DNA from: Octopus vulgaris
Taxonomy: Eukaryota
Length of the DNA: 64,000 bases
Assembly (NCBI GenBank): GCA_951406725.2
Contig: OX597817.1
Location: 116,374,001 to 116,438,000 of the forward strand
Reading direction: 5' to 3'
Notes under the pieces: model-generated
Database searches by the model: none
What the model was told of the DNA's origin: nothing
Seen by the model: the letters and a program-made list of their open reading frames with translations, nothing else
In this document: piece by piece, positions 38,746-51,968 of the stretch
Layout of the letters: the number at the start of each line of letters is the position of its first letter
Position numbering within the stretch: the stretch's first letter is position 1
Translations under genes and position numbers: made by a program

Positions 38746-39339
38746 AGAGGCTTTCTATTAAAGGAAGAAGCAAATAAGCATAAAATACATCATAGTCAAT
38801 TGTTTTCTGATCCCGTTCTTTAAAAGCTGATTTTGTGACGTTATTATTTGGATGTTTTAATAAATAACATTTATACCTTCTGACAAGCGTATCGTAGTAT
38901 TTTCTATTTCATAATGGTCTTTTACAACAGCTTTAAATTTGTCCCACCTTACGTTGTTGCAGTTAAGTTCTGCATGATTAAAAAACTGTCTCTAATTACT
39001 GAATGTTCTATTGGATAGCAATGGTAAGTTCAGTATTTTCTATATGCACAAGAAAATTAAATAGAAACTAAACGTTTACTGAGCTGCATAAGCTCGTCAA
39101 TTATTCCAAACATTTTAAAACTTAAATTACAGATCATTACATTCACTGAAAATTCTGACACAGCTCATCGGTCATTTTCAGTTTGGAAACAGCAAACATA
39201 TTTCAATAAGTAGTGAAAATCATTTCCTACTCAGGCATTTCGTAAGAAGTCTATGAAAAAAAAAAAATGGATGAAAAGTAATTTCAACGGAATATTTTAC
39301 AATCTTATTCTGATAATTGATTTCTTGTAGAGGCATTTT

Positions 39340-39774
39340 CGGATCATTTCAGTTTGAACGGCAGTTTTTCTAGCGGTGTCATATGAAATTGTCACCCATA
39401 ATTATGACCCTAGTATCGATCTATTGCATTTCAATCTGTTTTAGGGTTAGTTAGGGTCAGGGTTAGGGTTAGGGATGGAGAGAAGGGTATCTTTTTTTTC
39501 TTCACAAATGTAAATAAACCCAATCTGTTTCTTAAACGAGGGACATATTCATACGGCACAGAATATTTTCACCTCACAAATACGTCATTAATTGGTTGAA
39601 ATTGTAGAAATTGAAGAAAAAAAACTACAAATATTTTACAAACAATAGAATTTTCTTAATAAAGCCAAGAGAAAAAGATGTTTTATAAATACATGCTACC
39701 AGTATACGAAGTTTACAATTTTTTATTTACCTAGAAATTATGTTAAAAACTGCCGTTCAAATTGAAAAGAACCG
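39340..39774. mobile_element. Non-autonomous TIR element (MITE) with internal TTAGGG repeats and 6-bp TSD
   Basis: TIRs CGGATCATTTCAGTTTGAACGGCAGTTTTT / AAAAACTGCCGTTCAAATTGAAAAGAACCG; CATTTT at 39334-39339 and 39775-39780; TTAGGG-like run at 39441-39474. Confidence 0.85.
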
Positions 39775-41019
39775 CATTTTCTCTTTCATTTGTATTTTGT
39801 AACAAAATATATCGTAACTCCAGTACAAGTTGGTCTCAGTTTAAAATCAAATAATGTTACATGAAACGTGTCATTCCAACATCTAGATAGGAAGTGAATA
39901 TTCTTTCTCATTTTCGTTTTCAGTTTCAGCTGCGCGAATTTTCTAGAGTTTTAGAAAATTTCTAGTTGTAATGATATAATGAAGATGCCATGTTAGACTT
40001 TAACATTGTTACCTGAAGCACAATTCTCTCTTAACATGATATTTGGACATATTTTCTTTTACCAAACAAGATGTTATACTGAAAGTATAATAATTTCGAA
40101 CAAGTTTAAACCTTAGCGACAACAAAATGCACGCAATGCTTTTCTTTGAAAATGTTTTGTCGCTACAGCCATAATAAATTTGAGTATTTCTTTAAAAATT
40201 ATTATGCGTTTCTGTTGTTTTCTTTTTCGACTACACTGGAACTTATGTCTTGAATTTAACTGACATATGAATGTACTATTTCATGTGCGACCTATTTTTC
40301 ATGCTATGCAGGTGAGAGGATGTTGATTTTATCGTTGATCTATTCCACTCCGCGCTTTGGTTGGCTGCAATAAAATGCAACCACAAACAATTCAACTTCA
40401 ATAGGTATTACAAGCTACGCATCTTTCACGAGGTCAGTTTGGAATAATGAATGGTAAATATGTAAAATTTTGAAAAGGAAATGCATAAAGAGATCTGTAA
40501 ATTAAATAGTAGGCCGGCTTTCGAGAATAAACAAACATAACATATATAAACATTACCGACATTCCCCCATCAAAAAAGAAACCACATGAACATGCTGAAC
40601 CGGAGCATAGAGGGTTCCAGTATAGTGCAGTCACTTTCAATGTGTTTGTTTTCGAAAATGTTTGAGAGCTATTACACCAAAATGAAACAGGTTCGGCATG
40701 TGAAGTTAACATATAAAGATATTAACGTGAGAATAATTAAAAATCAAAACTGGTAAAGTATGCTATTCAATTAATTCAAAAACATGAAATTATATATTTC
40801 AAAAAATAGGCATTGTAGGATGGTTTTTACCTAAAAAGAAAATTAACTATAAAATAAGCATATTAGTTGAGTAGAATGAACAGGCAGAGGACAAGTACCG
40901 AATCTGAGAATGTAACTTTTCCATTGATAAAGGCCAACCAAATAAAGCATTTATATAGACTAAATAAAGTGTTTATGTAGACTAGCAGTGTAATTCAGCA
41001 TATTTCTAAACATTATACA

Positions 41020-41193
41020 TTGGATTCAAATTTTGGAATAAGGCCAGTAATTTCGAAGGTGGGGGATAAGTTGATTACATCTAAGATGAAAGGCCAAGTC
41101 AACCACGCTGAAATTTGAACTCAGAACGTAGACAGATGAAATGCAGCTAAGCATTTTTCCTGGCGGGCTAACGATCCTGCCAACTCAGCGCCT
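41020..41193 (-). mobile_element. Meta-type SINE with internal deletion
   Basis: Match to 34911-35140. Confidence 0.75.
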
Positions 41194-41208
41194 TAAAAGA
41201 AAATGAGA

Positions 41209-41277
41209 TGCTTACAGCCCCACAGTTTCCCGAAAGGTCAGCCATCCAAGTTCTAACTTGGCTCGACGTTGCATACT
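41209..41277 (-). pseudogene. 5S rRNA fragment (3' ~60%)
   Basis: AGTATGCAACGTCGAGCCAAGTTAGAACTTGGATGGCTGACC..GGGAA..GCTGTAAGC aligns to metazoan 5S AGTTAAGCAACGTCGAGCCCGGTTAGTACTTGGATGGGTGACC..GGGAA..; T-rich tract downstream. Confidence 0.8.
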
Positions 41278-41304
41278 ATATTAATATATTAAACACAGAA
41301 CAAA

Positions 41305-41750
41305 ACGGCGAACTAGCAGAATCGTTGCCGAGGGCGCAAAAATGATTAGCGACATTCTTCTGACTTTACCTTCTGTGTCCAAATGCAACCAGTGTCTCAT
41401 CCTTTCGGGGTCGGTATGATAAGTACCAGTTGAACACTGGGGTCGTTGTCATCGACATATATCTTCCCCAAATTTCCTGACCTTATGCCAAAATTTAAAA
41501 CCAATATATAAGCTCAAAAGAAGGGCATTGAGGTGGTAGAATCTTTACAGTGTCGGGCAAACTGCAGAATCGTTACAGTGTCAGGCATTCTGTTCATCTT
41601 TACGTTCTGCGTGGAAACTGCGCCATGGCTGACTTGGCTGCTCGTCTTATTGGGATGGATCATGTAAGTACTGGTGAAGCTCCTGAATCGTTGCTATTGA
41701 TTAGCTACTCCCCTAAAATTTCCTGTATTTTGCTTATAGTAGAAAGGATG
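41305..41750 (+). mobile_element. Two tandem diverged Meta-type SINEs
   Basis: GGCGAACTAGCAGAATCG head and CATCCTTTCGGGGTCG core; second head at ~41528. Confidence 0.7.
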
Positions 41751-42334
41751 TTAAACATATGGAATAAATTCCAACATCTTTTTTAAGAACCTGCCAATTA
41801 ATTAAAACTCTACTTTTAAATATAACATTTTATTTTCATTTCAGCTATCTATTAATAAGAATCTCTATCCGCATATCTGTTGGTATATCTCTAGGCTCAC
41901 ATATCTATCTATCTATTTATCTATTTCTCTATCTAATTAACCGATATCTACTTTTCCTGCTGTCGGTGTATGTATCCGTGTACTCTCAAAATACCGATAA
42001 GCATTTAAATAGAAAGTAATGAATAATGGCGGTGTCCCAGCTTGATACCAGTCTTCGGTCCTAAACACGTAAAAGCTAAATGCTCTTTGCTCTAGGTGTA
42101 ACAAATTAAATTCCCTATCTATGGATATATCTTTTATTGCATAAATGTATATATCTACACAATATTGCTTCATTATGCTAAACATAGAACTTATGCTTGC
42201 GATTTGTGCACACAAGTGCAAAATAATATAGGAACTATCCGTACCGCTACATCTCTCGCTTTTTCTAGTTTTTCTCTTTATATTTTTTTCTCTGATTTCA
42301 TTATTTCTGTTTCTCCTTTTGTCTCTTCTTTTCT

Positions 42335-42372
<38 letters not shown>

Positions 42373-43509
42373 TCTCTATATTTTCACCCTTTGAGTTATT
42401 ACCTCTGTTGGTATAACGCAGACTAAACAGTCCGGCCACAGAAACAAGCAGAATAATACAACTAAGCAGCACGACAGGAAAATAGTTGCAATGTTTGTTA
42501 CAGATATACAGGGAATATGTTTGGTGCGTAGTGTGAATAATATAGTTAGAACCTGTCAGAGTGCTTCTTTGAAAATCCAGCCTTTAGAGAGTGAGTGTGA
42601 TCTAAACTATCAAATTCCAAGAGGTGTGTATTATTGAGCCCAGTTATGTATTTCGGGAAAGCAAAGAATAATAGCAATAAAACATCTTCCCAAATACAAT
42701 TGGATTTATTCGGCTAAATAAAACAAGATAAAAGAAATAATCAATATCACACAGAATTCCCTTGTAACTCTTAATATGGTATTGTACTCGAAGTGGATTA
42801 AGATTAATAAAATATTACTATATCTCAGAAAGGAAATGAGTCTGTTGGGACGCGAATTGCTTGTGATGAGTCTGTCTTCAAGAAGAATGATGTCAAAATA
42901 TTTATACGTATTTTATTAGCAAGTGTCTAATAATTTCTTGTTTCAAAAGCATAAAACACCGCCAATTACCTCGAAGGCCTATGAAAACTTGTGAACATTC
43001 CACTATAAAGCAGTGTGGATGAGTGTAACGGCACTGGTAAGGTTTTAATTGATCATCATGTCATTTCAGATATTCAAACATAAAGCTGGACATACTGAGA
43101 TTCCTAACCATTGTAGATTTAGCCAAGAGATGAACGGGGAGATCCTTAATTAATTGGGAAAAAAGTTAAGCCTATGAACATATAATAGTTGTTTAAGGCT
43201 TGTATTTTCCATTGCCGAATTGTCCTAGTAGAAGATGAAGTAGTGATCGTAATCATTGATTAAGCATTGAGTGATAAGTGAAGTACTGTATCTACTCGGC
43301 GTGCGTTCAAATATTGATGTATTCAGGCATGATAACGCTAGTTCAAGCCGCATGAGTGAACGACATAAAATGAGAAAATAACTGTTGCGAGAAAATCAAG
43401 TTATGAATACCTGAATGAAAACAGTTCATTTCCATGTATCCAATAAAATGTTCAGTTCGAATTTCTTTAAACTATTACCAATTAGAAGAGGCTCCAGAAG
43501 AAGCCCGGA

Positions 43510-43770
43510 TTGTACTATGTACAAAATATTGCATTTGTAACACACTTTATATGACACACTGTTGTACAATGTACAAAATATTGTATTTGTAACACACTTT
43601 ATATGACACACTTTTGTACAATGTACAAAATATTGTATTTGTAACACACTTTATATGACACACTTTTGTACAATGTACAAAATATTGTATTTGTAACACA
43701 CTTTATATGACACACTTTTGTGCAACGTACAAAATATTGTATTTGTAACACACTTTATATAACACACTTT
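43510..43770. repeat. 52-bp minisatellite, 5 copies
   Basis: Unit TTGTACAATGTACAAAATATTGTATTTGTAACACACTTTATATGACACACTT starting at 43510, 43562, 43614, 43666 and 43718. Confidence 0.95.
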
Positions 43771-44969
43771 TTAATCCAGTTATGAAAAATGCACATTTCG
43801 CAAAATCACATTACACTACTTCGGAAGGTGTTACTATATTCAATGTTTATTAAATTTTGAGTATGGTAATGTACCTAAATGCTACAAGGCTGCGAAACCA
43901 TATACCAAAATTGAAATCAGTGAGACTCTATCACGAAAATGTTACAGAAAACGTTAGTTTGCATCATGTTTCAAAATAAAAGACTCGTCGTTACTTAGCT
44001 TCTGTACCTTCCTAGGCTATATTCCGATTATTTTGCTCTATTTGACATATCAAATCAAAGACATATGGGTGACACGTCGTAAGTGTACAGGAAATTCAAA
44101 CAGAATCGTAGATAGCATGGTATTACCTTCAGGTAGGGGAACTCCTCAAGTCTTTTGAGGATTGGAAGAAAGAACTGGTTTACATTAGAGTGGTGTACTT
44201 CAAGGAAGCATTTAGAATTATATGGCATTTGCCTCCAAACAAATAAAATCCGAATTACGTTATTCACTTGATCAGTCATCTCATTTATTTAAGCCTGCTT
44301 GCAGAACTTTTGGATACTACTACGAATATTCAAGCTGGTCTTATGGCACATTTGATGATATACACCATGAAAATTAGTTTTTTATACCATAGAAAGGACA
44401 AACATTGTTTGAGAATCTTTTTCTGTAAAATATTTTTCGTAGCAACAACATTTTACAAAGAACTTTAAAATGCACAGATTTGCATTTATAAGCTGACATA
44501 AACTTTTACGATAAAGAAACGAAACAAAGGACAGTTGTATGACAGCATAGGTGTCATAAAATTGTTGTGTTACATTGATTAAAGTAATAAGTATAAAGCT
44601 AAACATTCAAAAGAAGGGCAATACATTTATAACTGAAACGTATTTAAACATATACATAAATAAAAAGAAATTTCCAGAATTACATATAAGAACATCAAGA
44701 TAGCGAATGAAAAGCAGAAAAATTAAGCGACAGAAAAATAAAATATACGTGTTAGATTGTATTTTAATATACCTAAATTCTGTCATGATATTCGCATTAA
44801 AAATACAATACTTTTATCTCTTCCTCTGATTCAGTTTCTTAAGGGATTTGAGAATCGAAACCAAGGAAGTTTAATATGTTAGAAAATAATCAACTACGTC
44901 TGTGTTAATTTCTAAGTTTTTACCGTTGTGCGCATATGTTGTTACACAGACAGGCATATACTCACCACG

Positions 44970-45051
<82 letters not shown>

Positions 45052-45765
45052 CAAATGAAGAGAGTGAGACAGAGATGGAATATGAGACAGTTTATATACA
45101 CATACTTCAGATTTAATGCCCGCAAGGGTTTCTATACTTATTTGTATTGACATTAAGGGTTTGTAAAGACAATTTTCAAATCGCTTGTATACTTTCTGCT
45201 TTTGCGGCGTTTTGATTCTTGATTTTGGTACTACGTCAGCAGTTAAATAAACTGAGTTCCTCAATAGTTACGGGGATCACTCTTATAATTCCACTGAAAT
45301 CTGTGTACCTTACCATTAGAATTATGTATATGTGTACAGCACGATATATTTCCTCATTGTCGGGTATGATGGAACTACAATATGCAAGTGTTTAAACACG
45401 AGCTCTTATTTCCGTGAATGTATCTTCGATTTGTATTAAATACATTCTTGGCCATGTGTAGGTGAAAATGCGTAGGCAATTTGGGGTAGCTGTTTATGAT
45501 ATCGTTCAAAACTTACACCTGAAATCTGTATAGAACGCAATGGTCAATGCTATGTAAGTTGCCTCTTTTGTTTCTTTTATGCATCAAATAATTAGGTGCT
45601 GTTTTTCAAGTAATCCGGATCCTGTATAACAAGAATATATCCTTCAAAGATGTAGCACATGCACACACACACAAACACACACGCACACACAATCACTCAC
45701 TCACACACCAACAAACATATGTACGTGTGCATGTATATATATATATATAATATAGTATATATATT

Positions 45766-45855
<90 letters not shown>

Positions 45856-45870
45856 ATATATATATATATA

Positions 45871-46120
45871 TACGCTGCAAATGACAAACAGCTAGAAACA
45901 CTATTAAAGAGAGTTCATGGATTTACCAAAGAAATAGATATGAAATTTGGATTAGAAAAATGCGCCAAAGTAACCCTGAAAAGTTCCATGACGGCTAGGT
46001 ATATGCTGTTTATAAATGGTGTTGTTGTTTCGTTTATTTTGATTTTTGGGATGGTATGGTCGGTGTTCAATTTTGAGCTCTGTGGTTTTCAGTTGTTTGA
46101 TTATTTTACTTTTTATATTA
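45871..46120. mobile_element. Two-piece inverted fragment of the Dong-type LINE inside (TA)n
   Basis: 45871-45981 matches the reverse complement of ~49380-49490 (YAANDKQLETLLK..KCAKVTLK); 45982-46120 is a direct match to ~50819-50957. Confidence 0.9.
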
Positions 46121-46854
46121 TATATATATATATATATATAATATATATATGTGTATATAATATGTGTTTGTGTGCGTGTGTGTGTGTGTGTGTGCACGCG
46201 TCTGTGTGAGTGTATATGTACATGCATACAAAATACGTAGACACAAACACACAAAATACGCATTCAAACATATATATTTTATTTTGAAAGTTAGCACGTA
46301 TGTCTATGTGCAAAAAAGAAGTGTGACATACAGTGCCAACGAACAAGATATATATATCATATATATATATATATATAATCATTTTACAAATATTTCATCG
46401 TCAATTTATTCATTGTTGAATTAAAAATGCACAACTCATTTGCTGAAGCTACAAATATTACTTGATACAATTCATGTAAAAGCATAAATTATATTTTTTT
46501 AAAGTCTAATCACGTTGCTTGAATGATAGTTTTTTTTTTCTGTGTACACCATTGGTATTAAAAAAAAATTGATAGCTTCTGAAATAGTGTTACTTTCATG
46601 GCCCTATCAACAGACAGTTCTATTGTATAAACATATTACTGCAAGATTTATCTGAAACACAACTGCCTACATCGGTATAATATATTTGAAAAGAGTGGTA
46701 TTGAATTTCTGAAAAAGAAATTTTGACAGATGATAGATGTTTGAATGTAAAAATAAATTTAAAGAAATATATTAATCATTTTAGCAGTATGTCGTAAACC
46801 AGCAGCATAGAAGTAGCAGGAGCAGCAACACCAACAGAAGTAGCAACAACATTT

Positions 46855-46994
46855 TTCTTCTTCTTCTTCTTCTTCTTCTTCTTCTTCTTCTTCTTCTTCT
46901 TCTTCTTCTTCTTCTTCTTCTTCTTCTTCTTCGCCTTCTTCTTCGTCTTATAATAATAATAATAACAATAATAATAATAATAATAATAATAATA

Positions 46995-47057
<63 letters not shown>
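46855..47057. repeat. (TTC)n-(TAA)n-(TTA)n compound microsatellite
   Basis: Directly visible. Confidence 0.95.
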
Positions 47058-47604
47058 GAGTGAGAGAGCAGTGCATGCCATCAAAGTGACCTTGGAGTAA
47101 AATATACGAACCCAGTGTACCTATCATGACTACCCATCTGTTAAGGGCACTCTAGGCACATGCATTACAAACATATGTGCGTGACATGGTGATCTTATAT
47201 CAAGATAAACAGCGCATGACCTTGCAGGTGGGGCTTAGATAGAATTTGTTTCAGGTCGAGTAACCCACCTTGCTCAAAAGGTCCCTTAATAAGTTTTGTT
47301 TAACGATGATGAACGAAACACCCATGTTTCCAAGAGTGAATTATCCAAACCCCAAAGAATTCCTCTCAGCACATGGATATGATGCACCCACACATATTCT
47401 GCTCGTGATCAAAGATGCATGTATCATCAGCCACAAAGGGATATGCTCAACTGGTTAAGGTCAAGGAAGTGAGAAGCAAATCTGTGGTATTCAGCAGAGT
47501 ATTTGCTGTAGCCCATCTTTTATACCAAGACAAAACAATGTACATGATGACACTTCCAATCATTTAATATGAGAAGCCATGAGAACCACTGCCTGGTACT
47601 GCAT
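47058..47604 (-). mobile_element. ~550 bp non-coding interspersed element, copy A
   Basis: Direct repeat of 51417-51970 (roughly 90% by eye); (TTA)n on both sides; strand inferred from the (AAT)n orientation. Confidence 0.85.
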
Positions 47605-47605
47605 A

Positions 47606-47672
<67 letters not shown>

Positions 47673-47718
47673 GTTGTTGTTGTTGTTGTTGTTGTTGTTA
47701 TTATTATTATTGTTGTTG

Positions 47719-47786
<68 letters not shown>

Positions 47787-47789
<3 letters not shown>

Positions 47790-50700
47790 TAGTTTTAATT
47801 TTATAGCTTGCTTTCACTTCACTACCGAGCGCAGCTCTGTGTGCCTTAGGTATGTGCTGTGATTTGTTGTGATGCTCTGATGGTTATTGTGTAGAAAGTG
47901 TTCTGCGTAGGATGTGTGCAGTGCCTAGCAGTGCAATTTTCTGTATGTTATATGTGTTTGTAAGTCCTGGTGCTTTTGTTATGTATTTGTCTGAATATTT
48001 TTATTATGCCTAATGCACCTACTATGATAGGAATTGTTTCTCTTTTTAGATTCCACATTCTGGTTACCTCTATTTCCAGGTCTTTGTATTTTGAAAGTTT
48101 CTCCATTTCTTTTAGAGACACGTTGTCATCTGCCGGTATTGATACATCAATTAGAAAGCATTTTTTTCTTCATGATCTCTGACAACTATATCTGGTCTGT
48201 TGGCCTTAAGTTCTCTATCTGTGTGTATCGGCATAACCCAAAGTATGGTTGCTTTCTCGTTTTCTGTGACCTTTTCTGGTGTGTGCCTATACCATCTTTT
48301 TTCTGTTGCTATTCCATAATGTTGGCATAGCTTCCAGTGTATGTAGGTTCCAACTCTGTCATGTCTGTGAAAATATTCCTTCTTAGCCAGGACTGGGCAG
48401 CCAGAGATAATATGATTTATTGTTTCTTGTCCATCACCACATATTCTGCAGTTACTTGTAATATTTCTTTCATTACATGTTTTTGGTAATTTCTGGTGGG
48501 GAGGCTTTGGTCTTGTGCTGCAATTAAAAATCCCTCTGTCTCTGCTTTGAGTCCTGAAGTTCTCAACCATTGCTGGGGTTTTCTTTGTCTATTTCCTTTG
48601 CGTTTAGTTTAGTCCACTAATTAACATGAAGGGGCTTTTCTTGCCATCGTTTTATCATCGTTCGTTGCTGTTCTATTTTTAGTTTGGATTTCATTTGTTT
48701 TATAGCTTTTGTTGTTTCTTCTTCTCTTCTTCTTCTTCTTCTTCTTCTTCTTCTTCTTCTTCTTCTTCTTCTTCTTCTTCTTCTTCTTCTTCTTCTTCTT
48801 CTTCTTCTTCATATTTATTAGGTGGTGTGATTTCTTGTTTGTATTTGTCAGCTTCCTTAAATACTGAGAACAGTTTTTTGTTCTGCTCGTGTTTTGCCGC
48901 TATTTGTATCAGTTTTCCTTCCTTCTGAAGTAGATATTTTTGCAGTCCTATGGTGGTTATTTTATAGTAGTTTTCCAGCTGTATAAGGCCTCTACCACCT
49001 TCTATACGTTATATATATAGTCTTTCTATGTCAGATTTTGGATGATGCATCATAGATCCTGTCATTGCTTTTCTTGTTTTCCTATCTATTTTGGTCAGTT
49101 CATTTAGTGTCCAGTTAAGGATATTGTAGCTGTAACTTATAACTGGGACAGCTAAACTGTTAATACGTATTATCTTGTTTTTAGTATTGAGCTCTGTTTT
49201 TAGTATTGATCTAACTCGTCTATAATATTCTTTTTTTATTTTCTCTTTCATTTGTGTGTGTTGTGTCTTATCTAGTTCATGGATTCCTAAGTATTTGTAA
49301 GTTTGGCTTTGGTCTAATTCTTTTATTTCATTGGTTTTATCTAGTGTGATGTTGCTACTCTTAATTAGGTTTCCTCTTTTCAGGGTTACTTTGGCGCATT
49401 TTTCTAATCCAAATTTCATATCTATTTCTTTGGTAAATCCATGAACTGTCTTTAATAGTGTTTCCAGCTGTTTGTCATTTGCAGCGTATAGTTTTAGGTC
49501 ATCCATATATAAAAGGTGGCTGATCGTTTTGCCGTAACATTTACATCAGCATCTAGTTCTACTTAGCATATCAGATAGAGGTGACAGTGCCAAGCAGAAA
49601 AGGAGTGGAGAGAGCGTGTCTCCCTGGAATATTCCTCTTCTAATGGGGATGGCTTTGGTTTTCATGAGTCCCTCTTTTGTTTGGAGCTGTAGCACGGTTT
49701 GCCATTTATTCATTGAGTGCCCTATGAATTTTATAAGGGTTGGTGCTACTTTGTTCATGGCTAGTGTTTCGAGGATCCATGTGTGGGGGATGCTATCAAA
49801 TGCCTTTTTGTAGTCGACCCAGTCCATACTGAGGCCTTTCTTCTTTCCGTGGCTCTCTTCAGTTATGGCTTTATTAATCATTAGTTGATCTTTACAGCCA
49901 TATGAGCCTTTGCGGCATCCTTTCTGCTCTTCTGGAAACAGGTTGTTTTCGTCCAGGTGCTAGTTCAACCTTTGCGATATCACTGCAGTAAATGCCTTGT
50001 ACATTGTAGGGAGACAAGTTATTGGTCTGTATTTTTCTGGTTTGGCTGTCTCATTTGATTTGGGAATTAAGATGGTTTTCCCCTTCGTAAGCCATTCAGG
50101 CATTGTCTCTGGCTCTGCAAGTATGTTGTTAAAGTTTTCAGCCAGCTTTTTGTGCATTCCTGTTAGATATTTCAACCAGAAGTTGGGAATCTTGTCATGC
50201 CCAGGTGCCTTCCAGTTGCTTAGTCTTTGCAGTGCCTGGGTGACCTCTTCAGTTGTTATGGGGGTTCAAAGCTGCTCAGATGCTGAGTTTGTTGTTTTAA
50301 TACTCCTTTTTTTTTGGTTGTTCGTTCGCCGACCATATTTCTCTCCAGAATTCTTCCACTTCTTCTGCCGTTGGTGCTGCAGTGATTTCTATTTTATTTT
50401 TGCCATGTTCTTGGTAGAACTTTTTGGGGCTGGAGTTGAACTTTTTGTTTTGTTGAAAGAAGCGCTGGCGTTTCTCGAACCGGCGGAACCTTTGTGCTTT
50501 GGCAAGGATATCTTGCTTCAGCTTTTCAATATCTCAGGTAAATCTTTTTCTGTGATGTTATATTTGCGGAGCAATTTTGTTTTCTTTTTGTTGCTCAGTA
50601 GCGTTGATTGTCTACTGATTTCATTAAGAATCGACAGATATTTTCTCATTTTTTGTATTTTGTTTTGGATGTTATTTATCCACAGGTTTTGTTTGGGTGG

Positions 50701-51342
50701 TGGTACTCCTGTTTGGATGGGTTTGAGTGAGTATCCAGCTTCTTTTGTGGCTGCAGTGGCTGCTGCGTATACTAAGTCATTTAGCTCAGTGATATCGCTT
50801 TTTGTTTCAGTGGCTATTAGTTCCGTGGCGGTTAGGTTTATGCTGTTTCTAAATGGTGTTGTTGTTTCGTTTCTTTTGATTTTTGTGTGGTATGGTCGGT
50901 GGTACATTTTGAGCTCTGTGGTTTTCAGTTCTTTGATTATTTTACTTTTTATATTATCACAATAATTAGGCTCCCCTTCGTTGTTTCCAGGTTTTAGATT
51001 TGTGTCGCTTTCTTTCTTATTTATATGTTTGTTTGCCGTGTTTTGGCTTGCTGTTTGTCGTGTATTATTATGCATCTTTACGGTCTGGGTTTGTTTTTTT
51101 TGTTTACATCGTGTTTGTTGGGAATGTCACGTTTGTCTTCGTGTTTTACTGTTTCAGTGTTTATATTATTGGGCATTGTTGTGTGGCTTCTATCTACATT
51201 TTCCTGGTGTATTTTTTTCTTTTAGATGTTCTATTTCTATTTCTGATATTTTTTTGCGTTGAGAATGTATCTTCGTACGTTAGCTAGTTTATTAGGGTTT
51301 TATATCTTCGTAGGTTAGCTAGTTTATTAGGGTTTTATTATT

Positions 51343-51345
<3 letters not shown>
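47787..51345 (-). mobile_element. R4/Dong-clade RLE LINE, 5'-truncated and frameshifted, in (TAA)n
   Basis: KYRPITCL, WVDYKKAFDSIPH, RGIFQGDTLSPLLF, HLLYMDDLKLY (49498-49509), YKYLG, CRICGDGQETINHIISGC knuckle, RHD, RPD..IDV..K RLE; (AAT)n tail; (TTC)n expansion at 48713-48810. Confidence 0.95.
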
Positions 51346-51399
<54 letters not shown>

Positions 51400-51416
51400 T
51401 TATTATTATTATTATT

Positions 51417-51968
51417 GAGTGAGCGAGCAGAGCATGCCATCAAAGTGACACTGGGGTAAAATATACGAAGCCCAGTATACCCATCATGACTACCCGTCTG
51501 ATAAGGGTACACCAGGCACATGCATCACAACCATATGTGCGCGACATGGTGATCTCATATCAAGATAAACAGCACATGACCTTGCAGGTGGAGCCCAGTT
51601 AGAATTTTCTTCAGATCGAGTAACCCATCCCGCTCAAAAGGTCCCGAATAAGGGTTGTTTAAGGACGTTGAACGAAACACCCATGTTTCCAGAGGTGAAT
51701 TATTCAAACCCCAAAGAATCCTTCTCAACACATGGCTATGATGCTCCCCCACTACTTCTGCTCGTGATCAGAGATGCACATATCGTCAGCCACTAAGGGA
51801 CATGCTCAACTGGTTAAGGTCAAACAACTGACAAGCAAATCTGTGGTATTGAGCAGAATATTTGCTGTAGCCCATCTTTTATACCAAGACAAAACAATGT
51901 ACATGATAACACTTCCAATCAGTTAAGATCAGAAGCCATGAGAGCCACTGCCTGGTACTGCATCAGGG

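Noticed and set aside
40434-40712. Minus-strand ORF with possible AG/GT exon boundaries (SQTFSK...DGGMS)
   Set aside because: No recognisable domain and no compatible neighbouring exon.
43510-43770. CRISPR-like array
   Set aside because: Contiguous units without spacers; eukaryotic context.
44054-44378. 108-codon frame broken only by TGA/TAG stops that A-to-I editing could turn into Trp
   Set aside because: Any TAG/TGA has that property, no motif is recognisable, and the stop count is not clearly below chance.
49997-50965. 322-aa plus-strand ORF
   Set aside because: Antisense shadow of the A-rich LINE ORF.
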